64,000 nt of DNA. Origin: Nitrospirales bacterium. GTDB lineage: Bacteria; Nitrospirota; Nitrospiria; Nitrospirales; UBA8639. Made by a program: the position numbers and the translations under genes. The stretch lies in the NCBI GenBank assembly GCA_965203295.1, contig CBDBCZ010000019.1:416001-480000 (forward strand). The letters run 5' to 3'. Within the stretch, counting starts at the first letter, position 1. Each line of letters opens with the position of its first letter. Below are positions 8,797 through 21,464 of the stretch, one piece after another. The notes below the pieces were generated by a model that was not told the origin of the DNA, made no database searches, and saw only the letters and a list, made by a program, of their open reading frames with translations.

Positions 8797-10065
8797 ATGT
8801 CTACGTCTGCTTCTGTCTCATTTGAATCCCTCGGTGTGTCCGATCCCTTGTTACGGGATCTGGCCAAAGCTGGATTGATTGAACCTACCCCAATTCAAGC
8901 GAAGGCCATTCCGGCGGCCCTGGATGGTCGTGATGTGCTGGGCTGTGCACAAACAGGCACTGGAAAGACCGCGGCGTTTCTCATTCCAATCATCGAACGT
9001 CTGTCTGGTGCTCCCAAGGCCCATCCCCGCGGGTTGATCTTGGCTCCCACGCGAGAGCTGGCATTTCAAATTCAAGCGACAGTCGATCAACTCGGCCGAT
9101 CTCGCAAAATTTTTGCCACCACCATTGTGGGAGGTAGTGACATGCAAGCACAGGTTCGTGGGCTTCGTCAGCGCCCCGATATTATTGTCGCCACTCCTGG
9201 CCGTTTGTTAGATCACATGTGGCAAGGGACTATTCATTTGACTTCTCTCCAGGTTGTAGTGCTGGATGAAGCAGACCGAATGCTTGATATGGGGTTTGCG
9301 CCGCAGTTGAATCAAATTCTCGATGCGCTCCCGGAAGATCGGCAAACGCTGCTCTTTTCTGCCACCATGCCTACGGATTTGGCTGACCTTGCCCGTGTGT
9401 CCGTGAAGCATCCCGTACGCGCGATGGTGTCCAAGCCGGCGACTCTGGCTGCTGGCGTGACGCAAACGCTGCACCACACCACGTCGACAGGCAAAACGTC
9501 CCTCTTGCTTTCCATTTTGAAGGAGATAGGAGAATCCGTGTTAGTCTTTACGCGGACGAAGCATCGTGCAGATCGGTTAGGGGAAACGTTGGAGAAGGTT
9601 GGTCATCGCGTCACGGTTCTCCATGCGGGTCGTCGACTGACCCAGCGAAGAAATTCTCTCGAAGGTTTCCGGCGGGGCCGGTTTCAAATCTTGGTCGCCA
9701 CGGACATCGCGGCCCGTGGTTTAGATGTGGCCAATATTGGCCACGTGATTAACTACGACCTTCCCAATACTCCAGAAGACTATGTGCATCGGATTGGTCG
9801 GACGGCTCGGATGAAGGCGGTTGGATCAGCCACGAGCTTTGTGACAGAGGACGATTCGAGACCTCTTCGCGCGATTGAGAAGCTCTTGGGTCATTCTGTC
9901 CCTCGTGCAGCTGGGAACCCTCGCGCATCCCATCACCGGTCGGACCACGCACCATTCTGGCAGAAGTCGCCTGGTGGCCGTGAAGCCCAACATCTGGATG
10001 CATCGAGAAAATTCAGAGGTGGCCGACGCCGAGAAGGATCACAGCGCACTTCCTCTGGCCGCTAG
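8797..10065 (+). CDS. rhlE: DEAD-box ATP-dependent RNA helicase (RhlE-like)
   Basis: Q motif PTPIQ, AQTGTGKT, PTRELA, TPGRL, DEAD, SAT, ARGLD, HRIGRT; basic C-tail. Confidence 0.9.
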   Translation: MSTSASVSFESLGVSDPLLRDLAKAGLIEPTPIQAKAIPAALDGRDVLGCAQTGTGKTAAFLIPIIERLSGAPKAHPRGLILAPTRELAFQIQATVDQLGRSRKIFATTIVGGSDMQAQVRGLRQRPDIIVATPGRLLDHMWQGTIHLTSLQVVVLDEADRMLDMGFAPQLNQILDALPEDRQTLLFSATMPTDLADLARVSVKHPVRAMVSKPATLAAGVTQTLHHTTSTGKTSLLLSILKEIGESVLVFTRTKHRADRLGETLEKVGHRVTVLHAGRRLTQRRNSLEGFRRGRFQILVATDIAARGLDVANIGHVINYDLPNTPEDYVHRIGRTARMKAVGSATSFVTEDDSRPLRAIEKLLGHSVPRAAGNPRASHHRSDHAPFWQKSPGGREAQHLDASRKFRGGRRREGSQRTSSGR

Positions 10066-10156
10066 TCCTAGCGGGCCTGGGATAATTTCTCACGAGCGAA
10101 TGTTCGCCAGTCATATCGATCTGCGCGTGTCGAGCGGAAACAGGCACCCCTGAATC

Positions 10157-10857
10157 TCATTCTGGGGGAGTACAGTAACCCCTGCCCCGATCTAAACAGA
10201 TTCTCTGACTAAATCGATCCGACCAGTATTGAAAGGCCTTCTCCACATGGCTCCAAGGGTTTTGCGCTCCTTCCTCAACACCGAGACCCTCGAAGCTTCG
10301 CCCTCCTCCTCGTCTGTCGACCGCTGCCATGAGCACCTCTCCCGTGACACTGTCCAAAAGTTCCGCTTCAATGGCCGCCGTTCCCACAAAAGCTCGTGTT
10401 CCTGTGGCCATCTTCGAGGCGCTGGGCAATGGCACTGCCGTGGAAACCACGTGCAATGTTGTGTTGGCCTTCCCAACTTCCGTCAGGGCTACTCGGATTC
10501 GCATGACCCTTGGACCAGGTTCATGCACTACCTTTATCCTTTCCCTTTTGACAGCTTGAATGGCTTTGACTTTGAGGAGAAGAGCTAACCGTTCAAGATC
10601 TTCTTCAGGGACCCCACCCAATTCGTTCCCTCTCTTCGCGAAATAGAGATCGGATCAACCAGGGCTGCGTCATAATTTCGGAAATCCGTCTTGGGATTTC
10701 GATAAAAAAGGATGGGATCTCCCTCTCCACCTGGTCGCAATTTGGAATAGTCTGATAGAAACCCAGTTGGTTGAACGTCTCTCGCCTGTTCCGATGAAGC
10801 ACATCCAAACAGCAACAGTATCATGACGGGAAGGACCAGACCCTGGTGGACCCTCAT
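10157..10857 (-). pseudogene. DUF3313-family lipoprotein, frameshifted near 10620
   Basis: Lipobox LLFGC, TGFLSDYSKL; second frame RIRVALT...EAELLDSVTGEVLMAAVDRR. Confidence 0.8.
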
Positions 10858-11026
10858 CTGAATGCCTCCTTTTTCAAAATCTCCGACATTTGCCTTATTG
10901 AGGTATATGATTGAAGATAAGGTCGATTAATTCATCAGCGCCTGACCCGACTTTTTCCAACCAGAGTTACGCCAGGGAAACGAGTAAATCATAACAGGTT
11001 TATCGCCGTAAAACAGGCAGGCTCTT

Positions 11027-12854
11027 CTAGGTCATATGACTTCCTGTCTCTTTCTTCATTATTCTATGCAGCAAGGTCTGAAGGTCTTCTCCTGACATGA
11101 CTTCGTCAGCTAACAGCGTTTCAGCTACTTTCAACAATACAGGCCGGAGTTGGGTCAATAAATCTCGGACTCTTGTTCCTTGAGTATCGATGAGGCGACG
11201 GACTTCTTGGTCGATTTCTTGGGCTGTCTGCTCAGAGTACGTGGTGGCTTGAAAGGACATATCATTGGGAGTGAGAAAGGCCGGATGAGGTGTTTGGTCT
11301 AACGCGACGGTACCCAGTGCCTCACTCATGCCATAATCCTTGACCATCCGTTTGGCAATGTTGGTCGCTTTTTGTAAATCATCTGCGGCACCAGTGGAGG
11401 CTTCTCCAAAGACCAATTCCTCTGCGGTGCGCCCACCCAATAGGACAGCTATTTTGTTTTCTAATTCGGTCCGAGTCAGAAGATATTTGTCTTCATTCGG
11501 TAATTGTAGGGTATATCCCAACGCAGCGATGCCTCGTGGGATGATGGAGATTTTTTGTACAGGATCGGTATTGGGGAGTGAGAGGGCTACTAAGGCATGT
11601 CCGACCTCATGATGGGCGACTCGCTTTCGTTCTTCCTCACTCAATACGCGACTTTTCTTTTCTAGCCAGGCGACCACTCGCTCCACGGCTTCTTCGAGAT
11701 CGGTCTGTTCGACAGTCTCTCGGTTTCGGCGGACGGCCAGGAGGGCTGCTTCATTGATCACATTGGCGAGGTCGGCTCACACCATTCCTGGGGTCATGGC
11801 CGCAATAGTTTGTAGGCTGGCTGAAGGGGAAAGATGAACTGCTTTGGCATGGATACCTAATATGGCTTCTCGGCCTTTTCTATCAGGTCGATCGACAAGG
11901 ATCTGTCGATCAAAACGTCCGGCTCGTAAGAGTGATTTCAGGACGGTTGGTGGCTGCCAAAATGATCACGCCGACCTTTGGATCGAATCCGTCCATCTCC
12001 ACTAGTAATTGCTTCAAGGTCTGTTCCCGTTCTTCATGGGCCATCGGCCCTGTGCCTCGGGCTTTACCAAGAGCATCTAACTCGTCAATAAAGATGATAC
12101 ACGGGGCTTTCCCTTTCGCGTTCTCGAACAAATCACGAACCCTGGCCGCGCCGACGCCGACAAACATTTCCACAAATTCAGACCCGCTGATCGAGAAAAA
12201 AGGCACACCTGCTTCTCCGGCAATCGCTCTGGCCAGTAAGGTTTTCCCAGTCCCTGGAGGCCCGACCAACAAGACGCCCTTGGGAATACGACCCCCAATG
12301 CGAGTGAATTTTTCTGGAGTTTTTAAAAACTCCACGACTTCCAACAGTTCTTCTTGGGCTTCATCGACACCGGCCATATCTGTCATACGGACCGGAATAT
12401 CTTGTTCCATGTAAATTTTGGCTTTTGACTGACCGATCTTCATGAATCCACCGCCAGCTGCTTGACCCATACGGCGTAGAATCCAAAACTATATGCCAGC
12501 AAAGATGAGGATAGGAATGACCCACGAAGCCACATCCTTCCATAAGGTGCTTACGACGACCCCAGCGAATTCAACGTTCTTTTCCTCCAGAATTCTGACA
12601 AGATCAAGATCATCCACTCTGACTGTCTTGAACCATTGCTCGTCCTCTCCTGCCCTTTCAGGCTTCAGCTTCCCATTTATCATCTCATCGGTAATAGCGA
12701 TCTCAGCGACTTTATCTTGCAGAAGCCATTCTTTGAATTGGCTATAAGGGACCTCATCAAGATGTTGAGATGCGAAATATGCCTCCTGCAGAATGATCAG
12801 CAACCAAAAGGCGAGGAGAAAGTACCAGATAGAGATATTGTGTTTTTTATTCAT
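11027..12854 (-). pseudogene. ftsH: ATP-dependent zinc metalloprotease FtsH paralogue with several lesions
   Basis: [22 protein letters not shown] at 12489, short deletion in RPEI(LDPA)LLR near 11930, TGA near 11778. Confidence 0.92.
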
Positions 12855-13323
12855 GACCGTTTATTCATGAGGGACGGACTCCCTTCCCAATTTGTCGAGG
12901 ACGATTGTTGTGGTTCCGCGCGCCGTCGCCGAAGCTGCGGCGCTCCACTTTCTTCACCTTTCAAGAGTCGTCGGTCACCCTGGTGGCGAAATGTGTTGTT
13001 GTTCATTGCCCCAGTCTGCCAACCTTCTCTCAACTTAACAATACTTTAATGAGGTATGAGTATGGAATCATTACGAGGAATACATAGTGACCATAAGCAT
13101 CACTCTGTGAATGAGAAAAGGGGGCTGCCCTAAGAAGAAAAATTATGGAATGTTTTTATATCGGTCCACTTTATTGAGAGCTTTCCACTAATATTTAGTG
13201 GGGATGGCAAATCGATGGGGTGATCATTTAACGGACGAAAATTGATAAACCTTTCATTTTCCTCGTTTTCTCCAATTCAACCACAAAAAAACTGGAAAGT
13301 CACAAGAATCCGTTGTATGATAA

Positions 13324-13344
13324 TTGCAAAATAACCTTTTGCAA
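13324..13344. promoter_or_regulatory. Palindromic operator upstream of the TA operon
   Basis: TTGCAAAA-taacc-TTTTGCAA just downstream of a TATGAT -10-like box. Confidence 0.55.
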
Positions 13345-13358
13345 TCGGAGTGATTATC

Positions 13359-13604
13359 ATGTCCCAAGAAACTGGAAATGTGACCGTAAGAATGCCCATG
13401 AAAACCCAAAAAAAGCTTGACCAAATTGCTGTGGGGATTGATCGATCCAGAAATTGGGTCATTAACGCAGCCGTGGAGCAGTTTTTGGATGTCTATGACT
13501 GGCAAGAAAAGAGGATCCGGGAGCGTTTGAAAAAAGCAGAAAGGGGAGGAAAGTTTTACTCGAAGTCTCGGGTTAATGAAATCGTTGAATCGTTCAAACC
13601 ATGA
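13359..13604 (+). CDS. CopG/RHH-family antitoxin
   Basis: VTVRM...KLDQIA...DRSRNWVINAAVEQFL; ATGA overlap with the toxin gene. Confidence 0.88.
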   Translation: MSQETGNVTVRMPMKTQKKLDQIAVGIDRSRNWVINAAVEQFLDVYDWQEKRIRERLKKAERGGKFYSKSRVNEIVESFKP

Positions 13605-13900
13605 TGGAAGTTGAATGGCTTGGAGAAGCACTTTTTGACCTAAAAGAAATTGGGAAATTCATTGCCGAAGATGATCCTGCTACTGCCTACCGAGTCTTAA
13701 CCAAGATTGAAACCGCCGCACATTCTTTGGAACGCAACCCTCATATGGGACGGCCAGGACGGGTTTCTAAAACCCGTGAGTTAGTCGTTGCTGGTCTTCC
13801 CTTTATCCTGCCTTACTATATAAAGCGAAACACAATCCGTATTCTGGCCGTGATGCACACTTCCAGAAAATGGCCGGATGAATTTGCGAATCTTCAATAA
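13601..13900 (+). CDS. RelE/ParE-family toxin
   Basis: VEWLGEALFDL..I..FIA.DDP..A, PHMGRPGRVSKTRELVV..LPFILPY, IRILAVMHTSRKWP. Confidence 0.9.
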   Translation: MMEVEWLGEALFDLKEIGKFIAEDDPATAYRVLTKIETAAHSLERNPHMGRPGRVSKTRELVVAGLPFILPYYIKRNTIRILAVMHTSRKWPDEFANLQ

Positions 13901-14276
13901 AAGATGGTGACATTCCGGACTGCCCGATAGCAGTTAGTAGGAAGACTCGATTTATCCTAGATCCGGCAGTTACCAGGCGCCTTTTGATGAAACATCTTGA
14001 TTGAAGATGGGAAATGGCTGATTGGGGCTTTACCCTTTGTGTGACCCGTTTGGGATCATACCACGAGGTACCTTTTTCGCTGAACCACTACAATGCCTCC
14101 TGAAACCCCCCCAGTGTATCGACGATTCGGAATGGTGGTTATCCTGCCTCCCTCCTGTTAGTGAACGCTTCCTACCATATTTTTGTTGTCCACTAAAGAA
14201 GGGAAAGATCACTTCCTCTGTTACTTGTATTTGAATATGAAGAGGGTTTGGCTGAACCTGACAGTTGTCGCCTGAT

Positions 14277-16960
14277 CTATTTCTCGATGCCAACAATAAA
14301 ATAGCTACCTACCCCTATTCCAATGATAGGCACCCACGTCTCCCATGCAAGGGGGGTGGAATGAAACAGGAGATTCATGAACGGAGCATAGGTGAAGAGC
14401 AATTGAAGACAGATCATGGTCAGAACACCCCAGGTGACCCAGGGATTGCTAAAGAGACCGAGCTGGAACATGGATCGTTCCAAGGATCGGCAGTTAAACA
14501 GATAAAACAGTTCGACCATGACAAAAACGTTGACAGCGACGGTCCGTGCTTCCTCAACCGTTCCGCCTTTGGCTTGTACCCAGAGAAACATTCCAAACGC
14601 GCTGGCCAAAAGAAGTGTCCCGACCAGAAGGATCCGCCACGCCAACTCACCGGTAAGCAATGGGCGGCTGGGATCACGCGGATGCCGTTGCATGATACCC
14701 ACCTCTTTGGGCTCGAAGGCCAGCATAAGTCCCAAGGCCATAGCCGTGGTCATGTTGATCCAGAGAATTTGCACCGGAAGGATCGGCAAGGCTAAGCCGG
14801 CACCAATGGCCGCCAAGATCACTAGCCCTTCGCCTATGTTTGTTGTAAGAGTCCAGACAATAAACTTTGTCAGATTGTCGAACACGCCTCGGCCTTCTTC
14901 AACAGCAGCTTCAATGGTCGCGAAGTTGTCATTGGCCAGAATCATATCCGATGCCTCTTTGGCGACCTCGGTTCCTCCTCGCCCCATTGCCACACCGATA
15001 TCAGCTTGCTTCAACGCCGGCGCATCATTCACACCATCTCCGGTCATGGCCACAATGTGCCCTTGTCCCTGCAGCGCTTCGACGAGCCTCAGTTTCTGTT
15101 CCGGTGCGACGCGTGCAAACACGACGGTCTGATCTGCCACATCCGGTAATCGGTCCGATGCGCAGGCAGCCAAATCAGCTCCTGTCATCATTCCAGGTAA
15201 AGCAATCTGCGATCTCGCGTTCAACCCAAGTCCAATTTTCTTGGCAATCACTCTTGCTGTGACGGCATGGTCGCCGGTAATCATTTTCACCTTGATTCCC
15301 GCTCTTTGGCAGTTTTGCACAGCTCAGCGCGAGGTGGGTCTATCATTCCCTGGATACCAAGCCAGGTCAGTCCGGATGGAAGCTGGTCTGAGTCCAGTCT
15401 CTCGGTCTCTGGCGAAACTTCCAACCGGGCGAATGCCAAAAGTCGAAGCCCCCGCTCGGCCAGTTTTTTAGCTTGCTGAGTAATCCTTTTTGGATGACAC
15501 AGCTTCTCCCCACCCTTGGATTCCAATATCCGATCGCACAAACTCAACACTTTCTCCATGGCACCTTTAACGTAGATGACCCTTGAGGAATCCTGAGGTC
15601 CACGATGAAGCGTTGCAATATACTGTCGTTGCGATTCAAATGGGATACCATCAACGCGAGGGAAGCATTGGTTCATGTGATCCAGATTCAGTCCGGCTTT
15701 GCACGCAGCGACCAGCAAGGCTCCTTCAGTTGGATCCCCCACGATTACCCACTCGTCCTCCTGTTGTGCCAACTGCATATCATTACAGAGGAGCCCCGCT
15801 GTAAGGCATTCCCGCAACGCTGGGGTCTTTGCCTGTTCGACAAAATGCCCTCCTTCATATTCAAGGTGTCCAGTCGGGGCATACCCGGTTCCGCTCACCT
15901 CAAAGAATTCATCTCCGGCCAGAATGGCCTGGACCGTCATCTGATTTTCGGTCAAAGTCCCTGTTTTATCAGAACAAATCACCGTTGTGCTCCCAAGTGT
16001 CTCAACGGCCGGGAGTTTGCGTATGATCGCGTGACGCTTGGCCATGCGGCTGACCCCAATGGCTAACGTAATCGTGACAGCAGCAGGGAGACCTTCTGGA
16101 ATGGCCCCGACAGCCAAAGCGACAGCGGCCATGAACATCTCCACGGCCGGCTGCCCTCTCCATAAACCGAAACCAAAGGTCACGGCAGCCAATCCTAGAA
16201 TGACCACGGTCAGGATCTTGCTGAAATAGGCAATCTTCTTGGTCAGAGGTGTGGCAATATCAGCCGCGCTCGCTATGAGTCGATGGATACGCCCGATTTC
16301 AGTCTCGGCTCCAGTGCCCACCGCCACGCCAACCCCTTGACCATAAGTCACGAAGGTCCCGGAATAAGCCATGTTGCGACGGTCAGCCAGGGAAGTTTCA
16401 GAAGGCAATTGCAATTCCTCTTTCACGACGGGGACCGATTCTCCTGTTAAAGCCGACTCATCGATTTGAAGTTCTCGAACAGACACAACTCTAAGATCGG
16501 TAGGCACCTTATCTCCGGATTGCAGTAGAATCACGTCTCCAGGAACCACGTCGATAGAGGGAATTCGTCTTCGTTCCCCTTCTCGCAACACTGTGGCTTC
16601 GGTTTTGAACATGGTGACCAGGGCTTCCAACGCTCGTTCAGCGCGGGATTCTTGAATGAAACCGACGATCGCGTTCACCAACACGACACCAAAAATTACG
16701 CCGGCATCCACCCATTCCTCCAGAAAGGCCGTGATCGCGGTCGCGGCCAAGAGGATATAAATAAGCGGGTGATGAAATTGGAGAAGGAAACGGATGAACG
16801 GGCCATGTCGTTGCATGAGCGGCAGCACATTAGGCCCGAATCGCTGAAGCCGAGCGGCGGCCTCATCTTGAGTAAGCCCCTTACCCAGGTCGGTTTCCAA
16901 GAGCAAAAGCACTTCATGGGCGGGAAGCTGGTGGATATCTTGCGTTAGTTGATGATTCAT
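14277..16960 (-). pseudogene. Cation-transporting P-type ATPase (PacL/CtpF-like), frameshift near 15320
   Basis: LTGES, PEGLP, CSDKTGTLT, GDPTEGAL, MITGDH, GDGVNDAPAL; small deletion after DPPRAE. Confidence 0.92.
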
Positions 16961-17315
16961 GCGACTGTTCTTTGCCGATTCTCCTCGCTTGGCGAATATG
17001 TTATCAATTTAGCATATTCAGAGTGAAATAGAGCCCCTTAGCCGGTGATGCCGGGATTTCTGAAGCAGAGGTTACCGTATTCCAAACAAGAAAAGCGCAC
17101 GTCCAGTATCCGATGGCGAGCGTTCTTGAGAAAGAGTTCTGGCCGGTTGTTTGCATATGAAACGTTATGGTGAATGACCGAGTGCATAAGGTTCGGTGTG
17201 CGGCAGTGTCGCATCTTAATTTGTCGAGGACGATTTACAGGGGTTCGCTTCCTGGATGATCTCATAGTTGAGTGAGGGCTAGTTCTGTGGAGTTTATGTG
17301 ACATAAAGGGAGATC

Positions 17316-18127
17316 ATGCGCCAAAATGTTGAAGTCCTTCCTTCAGCCCTGACTCGGAGCGCGGAAATTCTCAAGCGTGCTAATGGCAAAGGAATCATCG
17401 TGTTCCTGGACTACGATGGCACTCTGACGCTCATCGTTGATCGCCCTGAGCTTGCGATTTTGTCCGAGGACATGAGGCTGACCCTCAAAGCCCTGGCTGA
17501 CTTGTGCCCAGTCGGAATTATCAGCGGGCGCGATCGTTCCGACGTCGAACGTCTGGTCGGGCTCGACTCATTGTTTTTTGCCGGCAATCACGGCTTTGAC
17601 ATTGCCGGCCCTCGTGGCTTGGAAATCCATCATGAAAAAGGCGAGCAATTTCTTCCTGCTCTGGATCAGGCAGAGACCGAGTTGCACGACCATTTAGCTT
17701 CAGTGAGGGGAGTGTTAGTTGAACGCAAAAATTCTCAATGGCTTTTCATTACTGCTTGGTAGGCGAACAAGAGGTTGATAGAGTAGTTGCCGTTGTTCAG
17801 ATGGTCTTGTCTCACCAATCGAAGCTCCGTAAGACTGAAGGCAAAAAAGTTTTTGAACTGCAACCTCGTTTGGATTGGAATAAAGGTAAGGCCCTCTTGT
17901 GGCTGCTTGACGCCCTTCCCCTTCAAAAAGGCCGAGTTCTCCCTCTTTATCTAGGAGATGATCTCACCGATGAAAATGCCTTTCAATCCTTGACGGATAT
18001 TGGAATTGGGATTGTGGTGGATGATTCTTCTCGCTTGACTTCGGCTCAGTATGCGTTAAAGAACCCTGAGGAGGTCGAGCGTTTTCTTCAACTTCTCATT
18101 GACTCTTTTCAGAACAGGACATCATGA
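17316..18127 (+). pseudogene. otsB: Trehalose-6-phosphate phosphatase, frameshifted near 17730
   Basis: FLDYDGTL, ISGR, GKKVFELQP, WNKGKA, YLGDDLTDE. Confidence 0.88.
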
Positions 18128-20520
18128 ATGACTGGTCGCTTGTCTATGAAGGGTTTGATCCTGACCGGGAACGGTTACGGGAATCTTTATGTGCCTTGGG
18201 CAATGGATATTTTGCCATACGGGGAGCGGCACCTGAATCCGAGGCTGACACCATCCACTACCCTGGGACCTATTTAGCCGGAGGGTATGACAGACTCAAG
18301 ACCGAGATTGCCGGACGGATCGTTGAAAATGAAGATTTGGTGAATCTGCCCAATTGGCTCCCACTCAATTTTCGCCTTGAGGGGGGGGAATTGGTTCAGT
18401 CTTCGGACGATGGACCTGCTTTCCTATCGCCAGGAGCTAGACCTTAGGCAAGGTCTCCTCCTTCGAACTTTTAGGTTTCAAGACCCTCACGGACGGTGGA
18501 CCACCGTGACCAGTCGTCGATTTGTGCATCTGGGCTATCACCACCTCGAAGGGCTTGAACTGATCATTACCCCTGAGAATTGGTCTGGGACCATGCATTT
18601 CCGCTCCGCCCTTGATGGACGTGTTGTGAATGATGGCGTGGCTCGGTATCAAGACCTCAATAATAAGCACCTTCATTCATTGGAATCATCAGGAGTTGGT
18701 GAGGATGGGATTTATTTGGCTATGGAAACCACCCAGTCCCGCCTCAAGATAGATAGCGGAAGCTGCAAGAACCTAATTCTTTAGTGAAGACTCCCTTCTT
18801 CCTGTTGCTGGCTATCTCATTCAAGAAGCTGGCTTCGTTTGTCACGATTGGTCCGTGGATGTAAAAGAACGGCGTCCCCTCTTCATTGAAAAGATAGTTG
18901 CTCTGTACAATTCCCGAGATCATGGAATATCGGAATGCGGGCTGGAGGCCCGGCAAGCCATCGAACGGGCAGATCGGTTTAGTGATCTGCTTAAAACTCA
19001 CACCCAGAGATGGGAACGCCTCTGGCGACGTTGTGATATTGTGATGGAGGATGGATCGGAGTCTCAGCTTATTCTTCGCCTCCACCTGTTCCATCTTCTC
19101 CAAACGGTTTCTCCTAATACCATAGGCTTAGATGTGGGAGTGCCTGCTCGTGGGCTTCATGGTGAGGCCTATCGCGGACACGTGTTTTTGGACGAGCTGT
19201 TCATTTTCCCCATTCTCAATCTTCGAATTCCGGATATTACGCAATCTCTTTTGCTTTACCGGTACAGGCACTTGGAGCAAGCACGATGGAATGCTCAAGA
19301 AGCGGGGTTTCATGGTGCCATGTATCCGTGGCAAAGCGGCAGCGATGGCCGAGAAGAAAGTCAAACTTTGCATATGAATCCTCGGTCTAGTCAGTGGATA
19401 CGGGACAACAGTTACTTGCAACGGCACGTCAATGCTGCCATTGCCTACAACGTCTGGCAGTATTATCAAGTCACGGGTGATTGGGAGTTTCTTTCTTTTT
19501 ACGGAACGGAAATGATTTTGGAAATCGCTCGGTTCTTAAGCAGCCTTGCCACCTATGATCGATCGTTAGACCGGTACGTGATGCTGAATGTGATGGGGCC
19601 GGATGAATACCATGATCGGTATCCCGATAAAGACGAAGCGGGTTTGAACAATAACGCGTACACGAATCTGATGGCTGTCTGGGTGCTCTGTCGGGCTCTG
19701 GAGGTTCTGGACATGTTATCCTATGATAGTCGTACAGAACTTCGAGAGATTTTAGACATCCGAAAAGAAGAGGTCTCTTTGTGGGAAGAAATCAGTCATA
19801 AGATGTTCATCCCATTTCATGGGAGAGACATTATTAGTCAGTTTGATGGTTATGATCAGCTCGAAGAATTCAATTGGGAAAGATATCGTCAGAAATATGG
19901 CAATATTCACCGGCTGGATCGGATTCTTGAGGCTGAGGGGGATACGACCAATCGTTACAAAGTGTCGAAGCAAGCCGATATGCTCATGTTGTTTTACTTG
20001 TTTTCATCAGACGAGTTGCGCCTCCTGTTTAAGCGGCTGGAATATCATTTTGACCTTCAGAACATTCGAGAGAATATGGTGTATTACCTCAGCCTGACAT
20101 CACACGGTTCTTCATTGAGCCATGTCGTACATTCCTGGGTCATGGCCCGTGCGGATCGCGAGCGGACGTGGGAACTTTTTCACGAGGGATTAAAGGTGGA
20201 TGTGGCGGATACCCAAATGGGCACGACTCCGGAAGGCATTCACCTTGGGGCCATGTCAGGGACTGTTGATCTCATTCAACGTGGTCACACTGGAATTGAG
20301 ACACGTGGGGATACCCACGTATGTCAACCCTTGCCTTTCGTCGGAACTGAAGAAACTGAGCCTTTGCATCTTTTACCGTGGACATTCCCTAGATATTTCG
20401 ATTAGCCAGGAAAAGCTTAAGGTGTCCTCACGCGCGGGGAAAGCTCAACCGATTTCGCTCCAATTGAAGAGGGCAGCTAGGAAGTTAAAACCAGGGAATA
20501 GCACCAAAGTAAAACTGTAG
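18124..20520 (+). pseudogene. Glycoside hydrolase family 65 (trehalose/maltose phosphorylase-like), several frameshifts
   Basis: LGNGYFAIRG, ARGLHGEAYRGHVF, GPDEYH, NNAYTN, KQAD, HGSSLS; split over at least four frames. Confidence 0.9.
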
Positions 20521-20777
20521 GGCAATTTTCGACTCCTCCATTCCGTCTCAATATCCTGTCGTGACTGTCTAACCTGGACCTTGAAGCTGAATCATTTTCC
20601 AGAAGACTACTTGCGTTCAATACTATCGTTGTGGGGCAATTTGCCTCAGGCATTTTATTTTAACTGGTCCCATTTGTCCCCTTCTAGGCACTACGTAGCT
20701 TCAGGGTTGACCATCCAGTTAGAGCGAAACCCAGGACTTACCAAGCGCCCCTGTTATTTAGCCTCGAGACGGCCGGA

Positions 20778-20793
20778 CGGCATGTCCCTTGCC
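20778..20793 (+). promoter_or_regulatory. Sigma54 (-24/-12) promoter for the oxidoreductase operon
   Basis: CGGCAT-GTCCC-TTGCC with GG/GC at the correct spacing. Confidence 0.6.
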
Positions 20794-20873
20794 TTATAAG
20801 TTCACTGTTACCATTGAGAAATTTTGAGAAAGGTGCGCGTCAGCTCTTCGATTTATTGTCGGAAAAGCGGGGT

Positions 20874-21464
20874 ATGTATCAAATCCGTATTCATGGACGA
20901 GGGGGGCAGGGGGTGGTGACGGCAGCTGAGCTTCTTTCAGTTGCTGCATTTCGTGATGGAAAGTACTCCCAGGCTTTTCCCAGCTTTGGGTCCGAAAGAA
21001 CGGGAGCCCCTGTCACGGCATTTTGCCGTATCAGTGAAAAAACCATTCGGATTCGGGAACCGATCACTAATCCTGATGTGCTCATCATCCAAGATTCAAC
21101 CTTGCTTCATCAGGTAGATGTCTTTGGAGGGTTATTACCTCGTGGGTTTGTCCTGATTAATACGTCAAGAAATGTGGAGGAGCTGAGCATTGCAGAATTT
21201 CTTTCAACATTCCCGCACGATCATGTCTTTACGGTTCCAGCTACGGATATCGCGATGCGGTATCTCGGTCGGCCAATCGCGAATGCCGCGTTGGTGGCTG
21301 GTTTTGAAGCCATGACCAAGTGGATCATGTTGTAATCGGTCCTCGACGCCATTAACGAAAAATTTCCCGGTGAAACAGGGACAGCGAATGTATCGACTGC
21401 CAAAGCGGCCTACGAGTATGTGCGGGGGCACCTCCTACAACCACAAGAAGTTCGTTCATGCTGA
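20874..21464 (+). pseudogene. 2-oxoacid:ferredoxin oxidoreductase gamma subunit, in-frame TAA at 21333
   Basis: IRIHGRGGQGVVTAA, FPSFGSERTGAPV; the frame continues past the stop and overlaps the alpha start. Confidence 0.9.

Noticed and set aside
16960..20873. FNR/CRP boxes expected for a hypoxia island
   Set aside because: No convincing TTGAT-N4-ATCAA site was seen upstream of the ATPase, otsB or oxidoreductase genes; only a sigma54 promoter is supported.
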